A stretch of DNA of 12,956 nucleotides from a bacterium (GTDB lineage: Bacteria > Zhuqueibacterota > Zhuqueibacteria > Oceanimicrobiales > Oceanimicrobiaceae), in the NCBI GenBank assembly GCA_046758365.1, contig JBHIAC010000093.1, forward strand, positions 1 to 12,956. The letters run 5' to 3'. Positions 1 through 7,915 of the stretch are shown piece after piece (within the stretch, counting starts at the first letter, position 1; every line of letters begins with the position of its first letter). The translations under genes were made by a program, and so were the position numbers. Under the pieces are notes generated by a model. It searched no databases and was not told the DNA's origin. It worked only from the letters and a program-made list of their open reading frames with translations.

Positions 1-2
1 AC

Positions 3-251
3 GAGGCGGTAAAGGGATACTCCCAGATGCACAAAGATCGTCTGTTGAAAGCGATCTGCACCGCCCTGGGGATTGACATGCACGTACACCACGAGGTCAA
101 GGTCTTTGATAAGTCGAGTATCAAATCAAAAATTAGAGAATTAAAGAAAGAACGGGACCAGGCATTAGATGTTCACGACCATAAGAAACTGAAGGAAGTT
201 CGGCGTGCGATCAAGAAACTTAAAAATAAATTCCGAAAAGCCATGGTTTAA
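3..251 (+). CDS. Small basic hypothetical protein, 5'-truncated by window edge; Rho-termination-factor N-terminal-like (helix-extended-helix) motif followed by a coiled coil
   Basis: Frame is open from base 3 (EAVKGYSQ-MHKDRLLKAI...), so the ATG at 27 is probably internal. KGYSQMHKDRLL resembles the GYSxMxKxEL pattern of Rho_N domains. K/R/E-rich helical C-terminus; stop TAA 249-251. Confidence 0.7.
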   Translation, partial: EAVKGYSQMHKDRLLKAICTALGIDMHVHHEVKVFDKSSIKSKIRELKKERDQALDVHDHKKLKEVRRAIKKLKNKFRKAMV

Positions 252-253
252 AG

Positions 254-346
254 ATTTACCTGGGCACCAGCACCGGACAAATTCTTTATAGCCGCAATAA
301 AGGAGGTTCTTGGTAATTACTGACAAATTGGCTGGCCCCCATTCAC
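254..346 (+). pseudogene. Remnant of the C-terminus of a BNR/Asp-box (exo-alpha-sialidase-like) beta-propeller protein
   Basis: Manual translation IYLGTSTGQILYSRNKGGSW*LLTNWLAPIH: Asp-box-like S-x-N-x-G-x-S-W, preceded by YxGTxxGQ and followed by LxxxLxPI. Internal stop at 314-316; no start or upstream part. Confidence 0.6.
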
Positions 347-379
347 GATGAAAACGAATGGGAAGTGTTAAAAACGTGA
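335..379 (+). pseudogene. Probable C-terminal remnant of a type II antitoxin (Phd/YefM-like, VapC partner)
   Basis: Translation APIHDENEWEVLKT* is an acidic tail with WE, like Phd-type antitoxin ends. Its TGA (377-379) overlaps the GTG of the VapC remnant as GTGA, typical TA coupling. Confidence 0.5.
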
Positions 380-432
380 AACTCTTATTGGATACACATA
401 TCTGGATATGGAGTTTTATGAGTCCAGAATAA
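376..432 (+). pseudogene. N-terminal remnant of a VapC/PIN-domain toxin
   Basis: GTG AAA CTC TTA TTG GAT ACA CAT ATC TGG ATA TGG... = MKLLLDTHIWIWSFMSPE*. LLLDTH is the canonical PIN N-terminus with the first catalytic Asp. Stops after 18 codons. Confidence 0.8.
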
Positions 433-477
433 ATAGCATCATCAAAAGAAGTCTCTTGTTTTTTAAATTAGAACGAA

Positions 478-504
478 TTACTTTTTTCTGCGTAAAGCTA
501 TAAT
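478..504 (+). promoter_or_regulatory. Candidate promoter for the beta-propeller gene
   Basis: Perfect TATAAT at 499-504. Only a weak, closely spaced -35 (TTACTT 478-483). AAGGA Shine-Dalgarno at 539-543 precedes ATG 552. Confidence 0.35.
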
Positions 505-551
505 GAAACTTTCTTGTCCTGAATTCAAAAGTGACTGAAAGGATTTATATT

Positions 552-3149
552 ATGAAAGCTAAAACCGTATTAACAATACTATTTTCCCTTCTTACAATTA
601 TAACAGTTTTTTTTCAGTTTTTTTCTCAACCTCGGGTTAAAGAGATATCTGCACATAGAACTTCTGGTGCCATGGAGGCGCTTGACTTTTGGTATGCTCA
701 ACGAGCTTATCCTGATAAAACCATTCCTGATGTAGGACATTATGCCGCTTACGAATATTCACGAAGAAATCTAAGAAGTAGATTAAATAAATCCTCAATG
801 ATAGAACCATGGAAAGCAATCGGTCCACACAATATTGGCGGTCGTACACTGGCCATTGTTTTTAACCCTCTCAATCCTAATACAATCTATGCAGGCTCTG
901 CAAGTGGAGGATTATGGAGAAGTTACACAGGTGGCAGAGGTGCCCAGGCCTGGGAATATGTCTCAACCGGCTTTCCTGTTCTTGCTGTAAGTTCAATTGC
1001 AATTGCACCAGATGATTCCAACACTATCTATATCGGTACTGGTGAGGTGTATAATTTTCAGAATACTGGGACCGGCTTTACTATTCGCCCTACTCGTGGA
1101 GTTTACGGGATTGGGATTCTCAAAACTACGGATGGAGGAAAAACCTGGACAAAAAGTCTTGACTGGTCATCTAACCAGAAACGAGGCGTATGGGCAGTTA
1201 GAATGAATCCCCAGAATCCAAATACCATTTGGGCAGGAACCACAGAAGGAACTTACAAATCAACCGATGCAGGAGATACCTGGGTACGAGTCGATCCCAC
1301 AATTATGGTCATGGATCTTGTCATTAACCCGATAGATACCAATATGATTTTTATTACCGCTGGAGATCTTTTTAGTCCAGGTCACGGAATTTATCGCACC
1401 AAAGATGGAGGAGCAACCTGGACAAAATTAACCCAGGGATTGCCTAACCCATTTGGTGGAAAGGCCATGCTTTCTATCTGTCAATCTTTTCCTAATATTA
1501 TTTTTGCCAGCATTGGCAACGGCATTTCATCGAATGACGCCGCTACCTGGCTTTGCAAATCTGAAGATAATGGCGACACCTGGAAAATTGTATCAACAAA
1601 AGACTATTCTTTATGGCAGGGTTGGTATTCTCATGATGTCGGTGTACATCCAAATGTCCCCAATTTAGTTTTGGCTATAGGAGTCGATATTTGGAAATCA
1701 ACATCAGGCGGCCTGTTCTTAGTAAAAAAATCAGACTGGTCAGCCTGGTTTTTTGGTAGAACACCACCAGGAGGCCCTGAAGGTCCAACAAATTATTCAC
1801 ATGCCGATCATCATGACATCGTGTATCATCCAACAAATCCAGACATTATTTATTTTGCAACCGATGGTGGGGTATTTCGTTCAACGGATGGTGGCGAGAC
1901 ATTTGAGGGTTGTAACGGAGGTTATCAAACATCACAATTTTATCAAGGCTTTACCAGTTCTCGACTTGACTCGCTGCTTTCCATAGGAGGTATGCAGGAT
2001 AATTCCACCGCCATTTATGATGGTCAGGTGGCGTGGAAAAGGGTGATTGGGGGTGACGGTGGCTGGGCGTCTATTGATCCAACAAATGACAATATTATGT
2101 ATGGTTCGGCTCAATTTCTGCAATTGTTTAAATCAACGAATGGAGGTGCTACTTGGATTAACATTTCTCCACCATTCACGACGAGTACAAGTTTTATTGC
2201 GCCTTTTGTAATAGGGATTGTAAATCCTGAAATTATTTATGCCGGCAGGAGCCTTGTCTATAAATCTACTAATGGTGGAATTAGTTGGACATCAACCAAC
2301 TGGGGTAGGCCACTTGATGGCAATCCGCTTTTATCTTTTGCCATCTCCCATCAAAATAGCAATGTGGTTTATGCCACTACTGCACCCATTAACACTCGTG
2401 GCGGTATCTTTCGCACTACCGACGGTGGTCAATCTTGGGATAATATAACTGCTACACTTCCCGATCGTTTTCCAGTTGATATTGCCGTTGATCCAACCGA
2501 TGATACTTTCGTTTACGTGGCGTTCTCAGGTTTTGGTACATCCCATGTTTTTAAATCCACGAATGCCGGCAATAACTGGCAAGATATTGGTCAAGGGCTT
2601 CCTGACGTTCCAACATCAGCCGTTATTGTAGATCCATTATTTCCAAATCACATCTACGTAGGGAATGATATTGGCGTATATGTTTCAACCGATGGTGGAA
2701 ACTCATGGGAAGAGTTTAAAACAGGAATGCCTGATGCTGTAATTGTTTTGGACTTAAGTATATCTCTTATCAATCGTAAGTTGCGTGTAGCAACTCACGG
2801 CAATGGAGTCTTTGAGCGTAAACTTATCGAAGGACCAATTACCAGTGTTTCTGAAGAAGTGCCTATCGCTTCTGAATTTAGACTTAAGCAAAACTATCCA
2901 AATCCATTTAATCCATCAACTACCATAGAATACACTTTACCAATTAAATCAAAAGTAGAGTTGAGAATTTATAATTTACTTGGACAAAAAATTAGAACAC
3001 TTGTGAACCAAGAACAAACTGCGGGAACAAAAACAATCCTTTGGGATAGCAAAAATGAATTAGGACAAACTGTAAGTTCAGGAATTTATATATACCGAAT
3101 GAAAGCTGGCCACATTAATAAATCTCGTAAGATGATGTTTTTAAAATAG
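552..3149 (+). CDS. Secreted BNR/Asp-box repeat beta-propeller protein (VPS10/sortilin-, GH74-like fold) with C-terminal FlgD-Ig / T9SS type A-like sorting domain
   Basis: N-terminal basic-plus-hydrophobic signal/anchor (MKAKTVLTILFSLL...). About 11-12 [KR][ST]x[DN]xGx[TS]W repeats, IGGRT and HADHH motifs. Tail FRLKQNYPNPFNPSTTIEY...IYNLLGQKIRTLV...WD...SSGIYIYRM. ATG 552 preferred over GTG 531 because of the AAGGA SD. Confidence 0.9.
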   Translation: MKAKTVLTILFSLLTIITVFFQFFSQPRVKEISAHRTSGAMEALDFWYAQRAYPDKTIPDVGHYAAYEYSRRNLRSRLNKSSMIEPWKAIGPHNIGGRTLAIVFNPLNPNTIYAGSASGGLWRSYTGGRGAQAWEYVSTGFPVLAVSSIAIAPDDSNTIYIGTGEVYNFQNTGTGFTIRPTRGVYGIGILKTTDGGKTWTKSLDWSSNQKRGVWAVRMNPQNPNTIWAGTTEGTYKSTDAGDTWVRVDPTIMVMDLVINPIDTNMIFITAGDLFSPGHGIYRTKDGGATWTKLTQGLPNPFGGKAMLSICQSFPNIIFASIGNGISSNDAATWLCKSEDNGDTWKIVSTKDYSLWQGWYSHDVGVHPNVPNLVLAIGVDIWKSTSGGLFLVKKSDWSAWFFGRTPPGGPEGPTNYSHADHHDIVYHPTNPDIIYFATDGGVFRSTDGGETFEGCNGGYQTSQFYQGFTSSRLDSLLSIGGMQDNSTAIYDGQVAWKRVIGGDGGWASIDPTNDNIMYGSAQFLQLFKSTNGGATWINISPPFTTSTSFIAPFVIGIVNPEIIYAGRSLVYKSTNGGISWTSTNWGRPLDGNPLLSFAISHQNSNVVYATTAPINTRGGIFRTTDGGQSWDNITATLPDRFPVDIAVDPTDDTFVYVAFSGFGTSHVFKSTNAGNNWQDIGQGLPDVPTSAVIVDPLFPNHIYVGNDIGVYVSTDGGNSWEEFKTGMPDAVIVLDLSISLINRKLRVATHGNGVFERKLIEGPITSVSEEVPIASEFRLKQNYPNPFNPSTTIEYTLPIKSKVELRIYNLLGQKIRTLVNQEQTAGTKTILWDSKNELGQTVSSGIYIYRMKAGHINKSRKMMFLK

Positions 3150-3168
3150 TCACTGGAATAGCTCCAAG

Positions 3169-3198
3169 GCCGGTGGCTAAAGAACTTAGTACACCGGT
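3169..3198. terminator. Stem-loop between convergent genes (possible terminator or mRNA 3' stabiliser)
   Basis: CCGGTG-GCTAA [AGAAC] TTAGT-A-CACCGG pairs with one bulge. It lacks a U-tract on either strand. Confidence 0.4.
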
Positions 3199-3252
3199 TG
3201 AAGCCGTGCAGAAAATTAGGTCCTATTTAGCCATTATGGTCTTAAATAGTGT

Positions 3253-4521
3253 TCACTTCCACAGATTTTTTATTTTACCGCGTTCGCGAATTACCCGATA
3301 ATTGCCACCTTCAACCAGCACTTCTGCTGGCCGGGTACGGGCATTATAATTGGAAGAAAGCGAAAACCCGTATGCACCAACCGTCATAACAGCGAGTAAA
3401 TCCTCTCTGCAAACTTCGGGTAACCATCTACTTCTGGCAAAAAAGTCTCCCGACTCACAAATAGGTCCAACAACATCTACCTTAACCCTATTGCGGTTGG
3501 TCTTCTTTACTGGAACGATCTCATGGTAAGCACCGTAAAGACTGGGACGGATTAAATCGGACATCCCTGCATCTAAAATTAAAAATTGCTTTCCTTGGAA
3601 TTTTTTTACGAAAAGTACTTGGGTCACTAAAATACCTGATTGTGCCATTAATGCCCGGCCCGGCTCAAAAATAATTTTACACCCCAATGCTTGCAAATCA
3701 GGAAGCAGTTTACTGACTAACTGCTCTATGGTTAGTATACTCTGTGAGTCCATTTTGTTGGAATTTGATTTTTCTTGAAAGACATTTTTATATTGAACCC
3801 CAAGTCCACCCCCTATGTCTACGAATTTCAAAATAATTCCATGGCTGCGCATTTCCTTTACTAAATCCTTCATCAATTGAATGGTTTTAACGAAGGGTTC
3901 GATTTCTGTAATTTGTGAGCCGATATGACAGTGAAGTCCAATTAATTCAATATTAGAGAATAAATCGATTTTATGAAAAATCTCTTTGGCTTCAGAAATT
4001 TCAATACCGAATTTGTCCATCTCTGTGCCTGTGGAGATATAAGGATGCGTAGGAATATCAATATTGGGATTGATACGAATGGCAATTGGTGCCATTTTTT
4101 GTAGATTATGTGCAATATTGTTTATGACCCGTAGTTCCTCAATTGATTCTACGTTAAAGGCTAAAATTCCCTGCTCCAGAGCAAATCGTATCTCATCATC
4201 TCTTTTCCCTACGCCAGCATAAACGATTTTTTCGTGTAAAAATCCGCTTTTCAAGGCAAGATAAATTTCTCCTCTTGATACCACATCCGCACCAGCCCCT
4301 TTTCGTGCCAGTAACGCCAGTAGGGTCACATTCGAATTGGCTTTTAAAGCATAGCAGATCAGGTGATCTACGTCTTGTAAAGCATCATCGATTCTCTCGT
4401 AATTTTCCAATATGGTCTTTTTACTGTAAAGATAAAAAGGGGATTGTACATTCTCTGCGATTTTTTGTATCGGCAGGTCTTCGCAGTAAAGCTCATCTTG
4501 ATAGAATCTAAAATGGTGCAT
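3253..4521 (-). CDS. lysA: Diaminopimelate decarboxylase
   Basis: PLP-lysine motif YALKAN, YAGVGK, HPYISTG...KFG, HCHIGSQI, DIGGGLG, EPGR, LIRPSLY, GPICESGD, GAYG..SSNYN; 422 aa. Confidence 0.97.
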   Translation of the reverse strand: MHHFRFYQDELYCEDLPIQKIAENVQSPFYLYSKKTILENYERIDDALQDVDHLICYALKANSNVTLLALLARKGAGADVVSRGEIYLALKSGFLHEKIVYAGVGKRDDEIRFALEQGILAFNVESIEELRVINNIAHNLQKMAPIAIRINPNIDIPTHPYISTGTEMDKFGIEISEAKEIFHKIDLFSNIELIGLHCHIGSQITEIEPFVKTIQLMKDLVKEMRSHGIILKFVDIGGGLGVQYKNVFQEKSNSNKMDSQSILTIEQLVSKLLPDLQALGCKIIFEPGRALMAQSGILVTQVLFVKKFQGKQFLILDAGMSDLIRPSLYGAYHEIVPVKKTNRNRVKVDVVGPICESGDFFARSRWLPEVCREDLLAVMTVGAYGFSLSSNYNARTRPAEVLVEGGNYRVIRERGKIKNLWK

Positions 4522-4536
4522 GGTTTGTAATCCAAC

Positions 4537-6330
4537 CTATTTAGTAATCACAATATCGTTACCCTCGTTAGGCCAACGAGATCTAACTTTTATGCTATCT
4601 GAATAGACAAAGAATCGTTCAGATGGCTGAAAAGGAACAGCTTTACCAAAACTATATTCGCCATTTTTATCCCTATCCCGAAATCCTTCAATCACATAGG
4701 TACCGGGTAATATATCAGAAAATTCATAAACTCCCGCTTTATCTAACTGAATTTCGTAGCTTTGACCATCTTTGCCTGTTTGTTTAACTCGGAGATAAAT
4801 AGAACCTTGGGCTGTGGAATCTTCATCCATAATCGTACCAGAAATGGAAGAAAGAGTGTCCATATTTAAAGTAGTAAAGGTCAGATAATAAGTACTGTCA
4901 GCCACAGAATTTCTAAAGAGGTCAAAAATTGAATCTAATTTTACAGATATCACATAAGAGTTCAGACTTTCTAAGCGTTCATCTGGCAAAAATTTAACAA
5001 AGGCTGGAGTCTCCCAATTGAAGGACCCAGACACTATCGGTCCCAAAGAATTTTTCAACTGAAAACTTTTCTCAAAAGAGTTCTCATCCATGGCTTCACT
5101 GAAATGAAAATTAACTGTGGAGCTTAAGATTACTGATTGAGCGCTGTCTTTTGGTGCAATTAATAAAAGTTTCGGTTCAATTGTATCTGATAAAGCACTG
5201 CCTAAAAAGGTGGCTTTGTTAAAGTTTATATCTATGATATTACGAGATAAATCCATCAAATTATTAACTTCAATTTCATATTCTGTTTTTGGATGTTGAG
5301 GTTCTGTGATTAAATTTACTTGCATTGGGTCTAAATCATTTAAATAGGCCAGGGATATCCCCAAAGAATCTCCTGAAACTGAGCCTTTGACTTGGATTCT
5401 ATAATTTGTTAAAATGTCGATGCCTGTTTTATGTAAAATCTCATCAAATCTTAGGTTCAAATGAAAGCGATCCTGAGGAGAAACAGAAACGAGGGCTGGG
5501 CCAATAGTATCCTGAAGCGTTATTTTAAAATTTAAATTAGAGGCATTTAATTGAGTTCTTGTAAGTCTTACGTCCCGGAAAGGCACACCCAGTTCTTCAC
5601 TGCCAACTTCAAAGAATCGGTTGTTATCTTTATCTTGAATAGCAAAAATTCGATAAATTCCCTCTGACAGATTGGTAAGCTTAAAGCGCCCCTGAGCATC
5701 GGTTTGGGTAATGTAATCACCAGACTTTTTAGTAGGATCGGGATCTTGACCCTCTTCAAGAATGTAAGCCCAGATTAAAACCCCTTGTACCCGATTTTTA
5801 GAATAAACCCTGCCGCTTATCTGGCCGTTACTTAATTCAGCCCCTGTGGAAAAGGCAAGTGTATAAGATTCTTTTAGTGAATTGCCATGGGCATCCTTAA
5901 GATCTGTTCCCAAAGTAATGACGTAAGTTCGATTCGTCTTTAATGAGTCTAAAAATTCAATGAACAGTTTGTGTTTTTTCCATTTGTATTTTACTCTTTC
6001 GCCAGGATTCGGGGTTATAAATATAGCTCGATTTAAAGACTTACGATCCATTGCTTCACTGAAAGCAATTTCTACTGTCTGGTCTAAAGGAACTAAAGTA
6101 GCATTTATTGGGGGTACGACTTCCAAGATTCTTGGCGGGATTTTATCTACAGGGCCACCGGTTGGGGCAACTTGAATAGCACAACTGGATAAATAAATAA
6201 AAGCAGCTCCTAACAATAATAATTGTTTTGCATATAAGTAAATCTGTTTCTTTAATAAGATCCTTGCAATAACCACGTATTTACATTGAATTATACTGAT
6301 TTTTATGATCTGGATTAATATTTTCTTCAA
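4537..6330 (-). CDS. Ig-like (Big_5/SbsA-type) domain lipoprotein with carboxypeptidase-regulatory-like domains
   Basis: Lipobox LSS-C (Cys codon 6183-6181) followed by AIQVAPTGGPVDKIPP. Two FSEAMD Ig-like modules and two DxDxN loops (QDKDNN, RDRDKN). Start uncertain: TTG 6330 gives an overlong signal peptide; GTG 6276 is an alternative. Confidence 0.85.
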   Translation of the reverse strand: MKKILIQIIKISIIQCKYVVIARILLKKQIYLYAKQLLLLGAAFIYLSSCAIQVAPTGGPVDKIPPRILEVVPPINATLVPLDQTVEIAFSEAMDRKSLNRAIFITPNPGERVKYKWKKHKLFIEFLDSLKTNRTYVITLGTDLKDAHGNSLKESYTLAFSTGAELSNGQISGRVYSKNRVQGVLIWAYILEEGQDPDPTKKSGDYITQTDAQGRFKLTNLSEGIYRIFAIQDKDNNRFFEVGSEELGVPFRDVRLTRTQLNASNLNFKITLQDTIGPALVSVSPQDRFHLNLRFDEILHKTGIDILTNYRIQVKGSVSGDSLGISLAYLNDLDPMQVNLITEPQHPKTEYEIEVNNLMDLSRNIIDINFNKATFLGSALSDTIEPKLLLIAPKDSAQSVILSSTVNFHFSEAMDENSFEKSFQLKNSLGPIVSGSFNWETPAFVKFLPDERLESLNSYVISVKLDSIFDLFRNSVADSTYYLTFTTLNMDTLSSISGTIMDEDSTAQGSIYLRVKQTGKDGQSYEIQLDKAGVYEFSDILPGTYVIEGFRDRDKNGEYSFGKAVPFQPSERFFVYSDSIKVRSRWPNEGNDIVITK

Positions 6331-6403
6331 AATTTAGTCAATATATAGGAAATTAAAGTTCAAGATACAAGATATAAGGGCCATGGTGATTTTTACCATT
6401 TTT

Positions 6404-6727
6404 TTAAAATGCATCTTCTAGATTGAGAGCAAGAACAACTTTTTGACTTACAACCTTCATAGTACTCTCATCAAGGGAGCCTATACATTTTAAGAATCTC
6501 TGTTTTGAAATCGTCTGAATGTTATCGACTTGAACAAATGAGTGTTTTTTGAGATTAGCCTTTTGATTTATATCAATTTCGGTGGGATATCCTTTGCTTT
6601 TAGTAGTGATTTCTGCAACGGTAAGTTTGTTTAAGTAAGGAAGGACAGCATTTCGGGTTAATATAAGAGCAGGTCGTTTTCCAGCCTCTGTACCTAAATC
6701 AACTTGCCATACATCGCCGCGTTTCAT
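6404..6727 (-). CDS. mazF: Type II toxin, PemK/MazF family endoribonuclease
   Basis: MKRGDVWQVDL...KRPALIL...VAEITT...S..QVDNIQTISKQR...IGSL; catalytic Arg and Thr positions retained. ATG 6727 lies 5 nt after the antitoxin stop; 107 aa. Confidence 0.93.
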   Translation of the reverse strand: MKRGDVWQVDLGTEAGKRPALILTRNAVLPYLNKLTVAEITTKSKGYPTEIDINQKANLKKHSFVQVDNIQTISKQRFLKCIGSLDESTMKVVSQKVVLALNLEDAF

Positions 6728-6732
6728 ATTTT

Positions 6733-6957
6733 TTACCAATCCTGCGCATTAAGCCACTCTTCGGCTCGACTCGCTTCATCTGGATTTTCTTTGAGAGCAT
6801 CAATCCATTCTCGTTCAAACAGCGAGCATTCGCGTTTTTTAAGCCAAGATCGGAGTGCCTCTTCAATAATTTGAACCCGATTTAATCCAAGAGGTTTACA
6901 AGCTTTATCAATGGCAGACAGTAATGGTTCGTCTATGTTAATTGTTAAGTTAATCAT
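6733..6957 (-). CDS. Ribbon-helix-helix (CopG/NdoAI-like) antitoxin cognate to MazF
   Basis: Alternating beta-strand LTINID, then helices LLSAIDKAC and NRVQIIEEALRSWL; acidic C-terminus; directly upstream of mazF. Confidence 0.85.
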   Translation of the reverse strand: MINLTINIDEPLLSAIDKACKPLGLNRVQIIEEALRSWLKKRECSLFEREWIDALKENPDEASRAEEWLNAQDW

Positions 6958-6962
6958 AAAAA

Positions 6963-6991
6963 AATATATAAAAATTATCCTTAAATTGCAA
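6963..6991 (-). promoter_or_regulatory. Sigma70-type promoter of the RHH-mazF operon, probably leaderless
   Basis: Minus strand TTGCAA (6991-6986) - N17 - TATATT (6968-6963) - TTTTT - ATG (6957). No SD-like sequence. Confidence 0.6.
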
Positions 6992-7051
6992 CAGAAGAAT
7001 TTTAGTTCTTTGAGATAATTAAGCCTTAAATATAAATAGAATGATAAGTCG

Positions 7052-7783
7052 TTATCTCATGGCTAACAACTGTGAAAGCTTCACAAACTTAAAGCCCCGT
7101 GATTTCAATTGTGGAATAAATTCTCGTACAGCATCAAGGGTTTGGGTGCGGTCTATATTTAAGGAGTTCCCGCCATCATGTAATATAATAATAGAGCCAG
7201 TAATCACTCTAGTGAGAATCCTATGCACAATTTTTTCTTTCCCCGGTAGGTGAGAATCTCGCGGGTAAACGTCGCCTACGACCGTTTTATATCCTGACTG
7301 CTCCACGATATCCAACACTCGTTTCGTAAATAGTCCCATTGGAGGTCTTAAGAATCGAGGCTCGGCCCCATCCAAACTTCTGAGGAGTTCATCTGTACGA
7401 ACAATTTCATGCCTCATTTCCTCGTCTGTCAATCGAAACATGGCCGCATGGGTGAAAGTGTGGTTGCCAACTTCATGGTCAGCCTGACCAATTTTTCGAG
7501 CTAATTCGAAGTGCGACTCGATGTGTCTACCGATGAGGAAAAAAGTGGCAGGCACGTCAAATTGATTTAAAATATCTAAGAGTCGGGGCGTGTAAGTAAT
7601 CTGTGGGCCATCGTCAAAGGTTAAGGCGATCATCGGCTCATTGGTAGCGGCACGCCAAAAAACCCGTTTGGTTAGTTTGGGGCCCAATCGTTCTAAAGAA
7701 ACCGCATGGCTCAAGTCGCCTAACAAAGATTGCAGCGTAACCCCGTCAAATAAATTCCCAAATATCCATTTTCTTTTGTTCAT
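7052..7783 (-). CDS. Polysaccharide deacetylase family protein (NodB/CE4)
   Basis: CE4 motifs ALTFDDGP, ATFF, NHTFTH, LRPPMG, IIILHDGG. No signal peptide evident. Confidence 0.93.
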   Translation of the reverse strand: MNKRKWIFGNLFDGVTLQSLLGDLSHAVSLERLGPKLTKRVFWRAATNEPMIALTFDDGPQITYTPRLLDILNQFDVPATFFLIGRHIESHFELARKIGQADHEVGNHTFTHAAMFRLTDEEMRHEIVRTDELLRSLDGAEPRFLRPPMGLFTKRVLDIVEQSGYKTVVGDVYPRDSHLPGKEKIVHRILTRVITGSIIILHDGGNSLNIDRTQTLDAVREFIPQLKSRGFKFVKLSQLLAMR

Positions 7784-7876
7784 TTATTTTTCCATAGTTA
7801 TTTATAGTATTGTCAATCAAATCTTCGTTTATTTTGCAAAAGTTTTAATAATCTCATAAAAAGTAGTTGGGTTGGG

Positions 7877-7910
7877 ACTTTTCACTATTCACTTGCGCTT
7901 TAGCGCGCTA
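7877..7910 (-). repeat. 34-bp element, copy 1 (inverted relative to copy 2)
   Basis: Minus strand TAGCGCGCTAAAGCGCAAGTGAATAGTGAAAAGT; 33/34 identical to 10030-10063 (+). Begins 5 nt after the acyltransferase stop. Confidence 0.95.
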
Positions 7911-7915
7911 ATTAT

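Noticed and set aside
397..410. Palindrome CATATC-TG-GATATG
   Set aside because: Lies within the VapC remnant codons (HIWIW); no supporting context.
471..481. GAACGAATTAC also present at 12864-12874
   Set aside because: 11-bp matches are expected by chance in 13 kb of AT-rich sequence.
637..2448. Short alternative-frame and antisense ORFs inside the beta-propeller gene
   Set aside because: Fully overlapped by a well-supported CDS; no recognisable motifs.
3149..3252. Open plus-strand frame VTGIAPRPVAKELSTPVEAVQKIRSYL as another possible remnant
   Set aside because: Protein-like, but I cannot assign a family and there is no start or SD; needs BLASTX.
6390..6738. TTTTTACCA direct repeat flanking mazF (6390-6398, 6730-6738)
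   Set aside because: Low-complexity 9-mer in AT-rich DNA; one copy is constrained by the antitoxin's Trp-stop codons.
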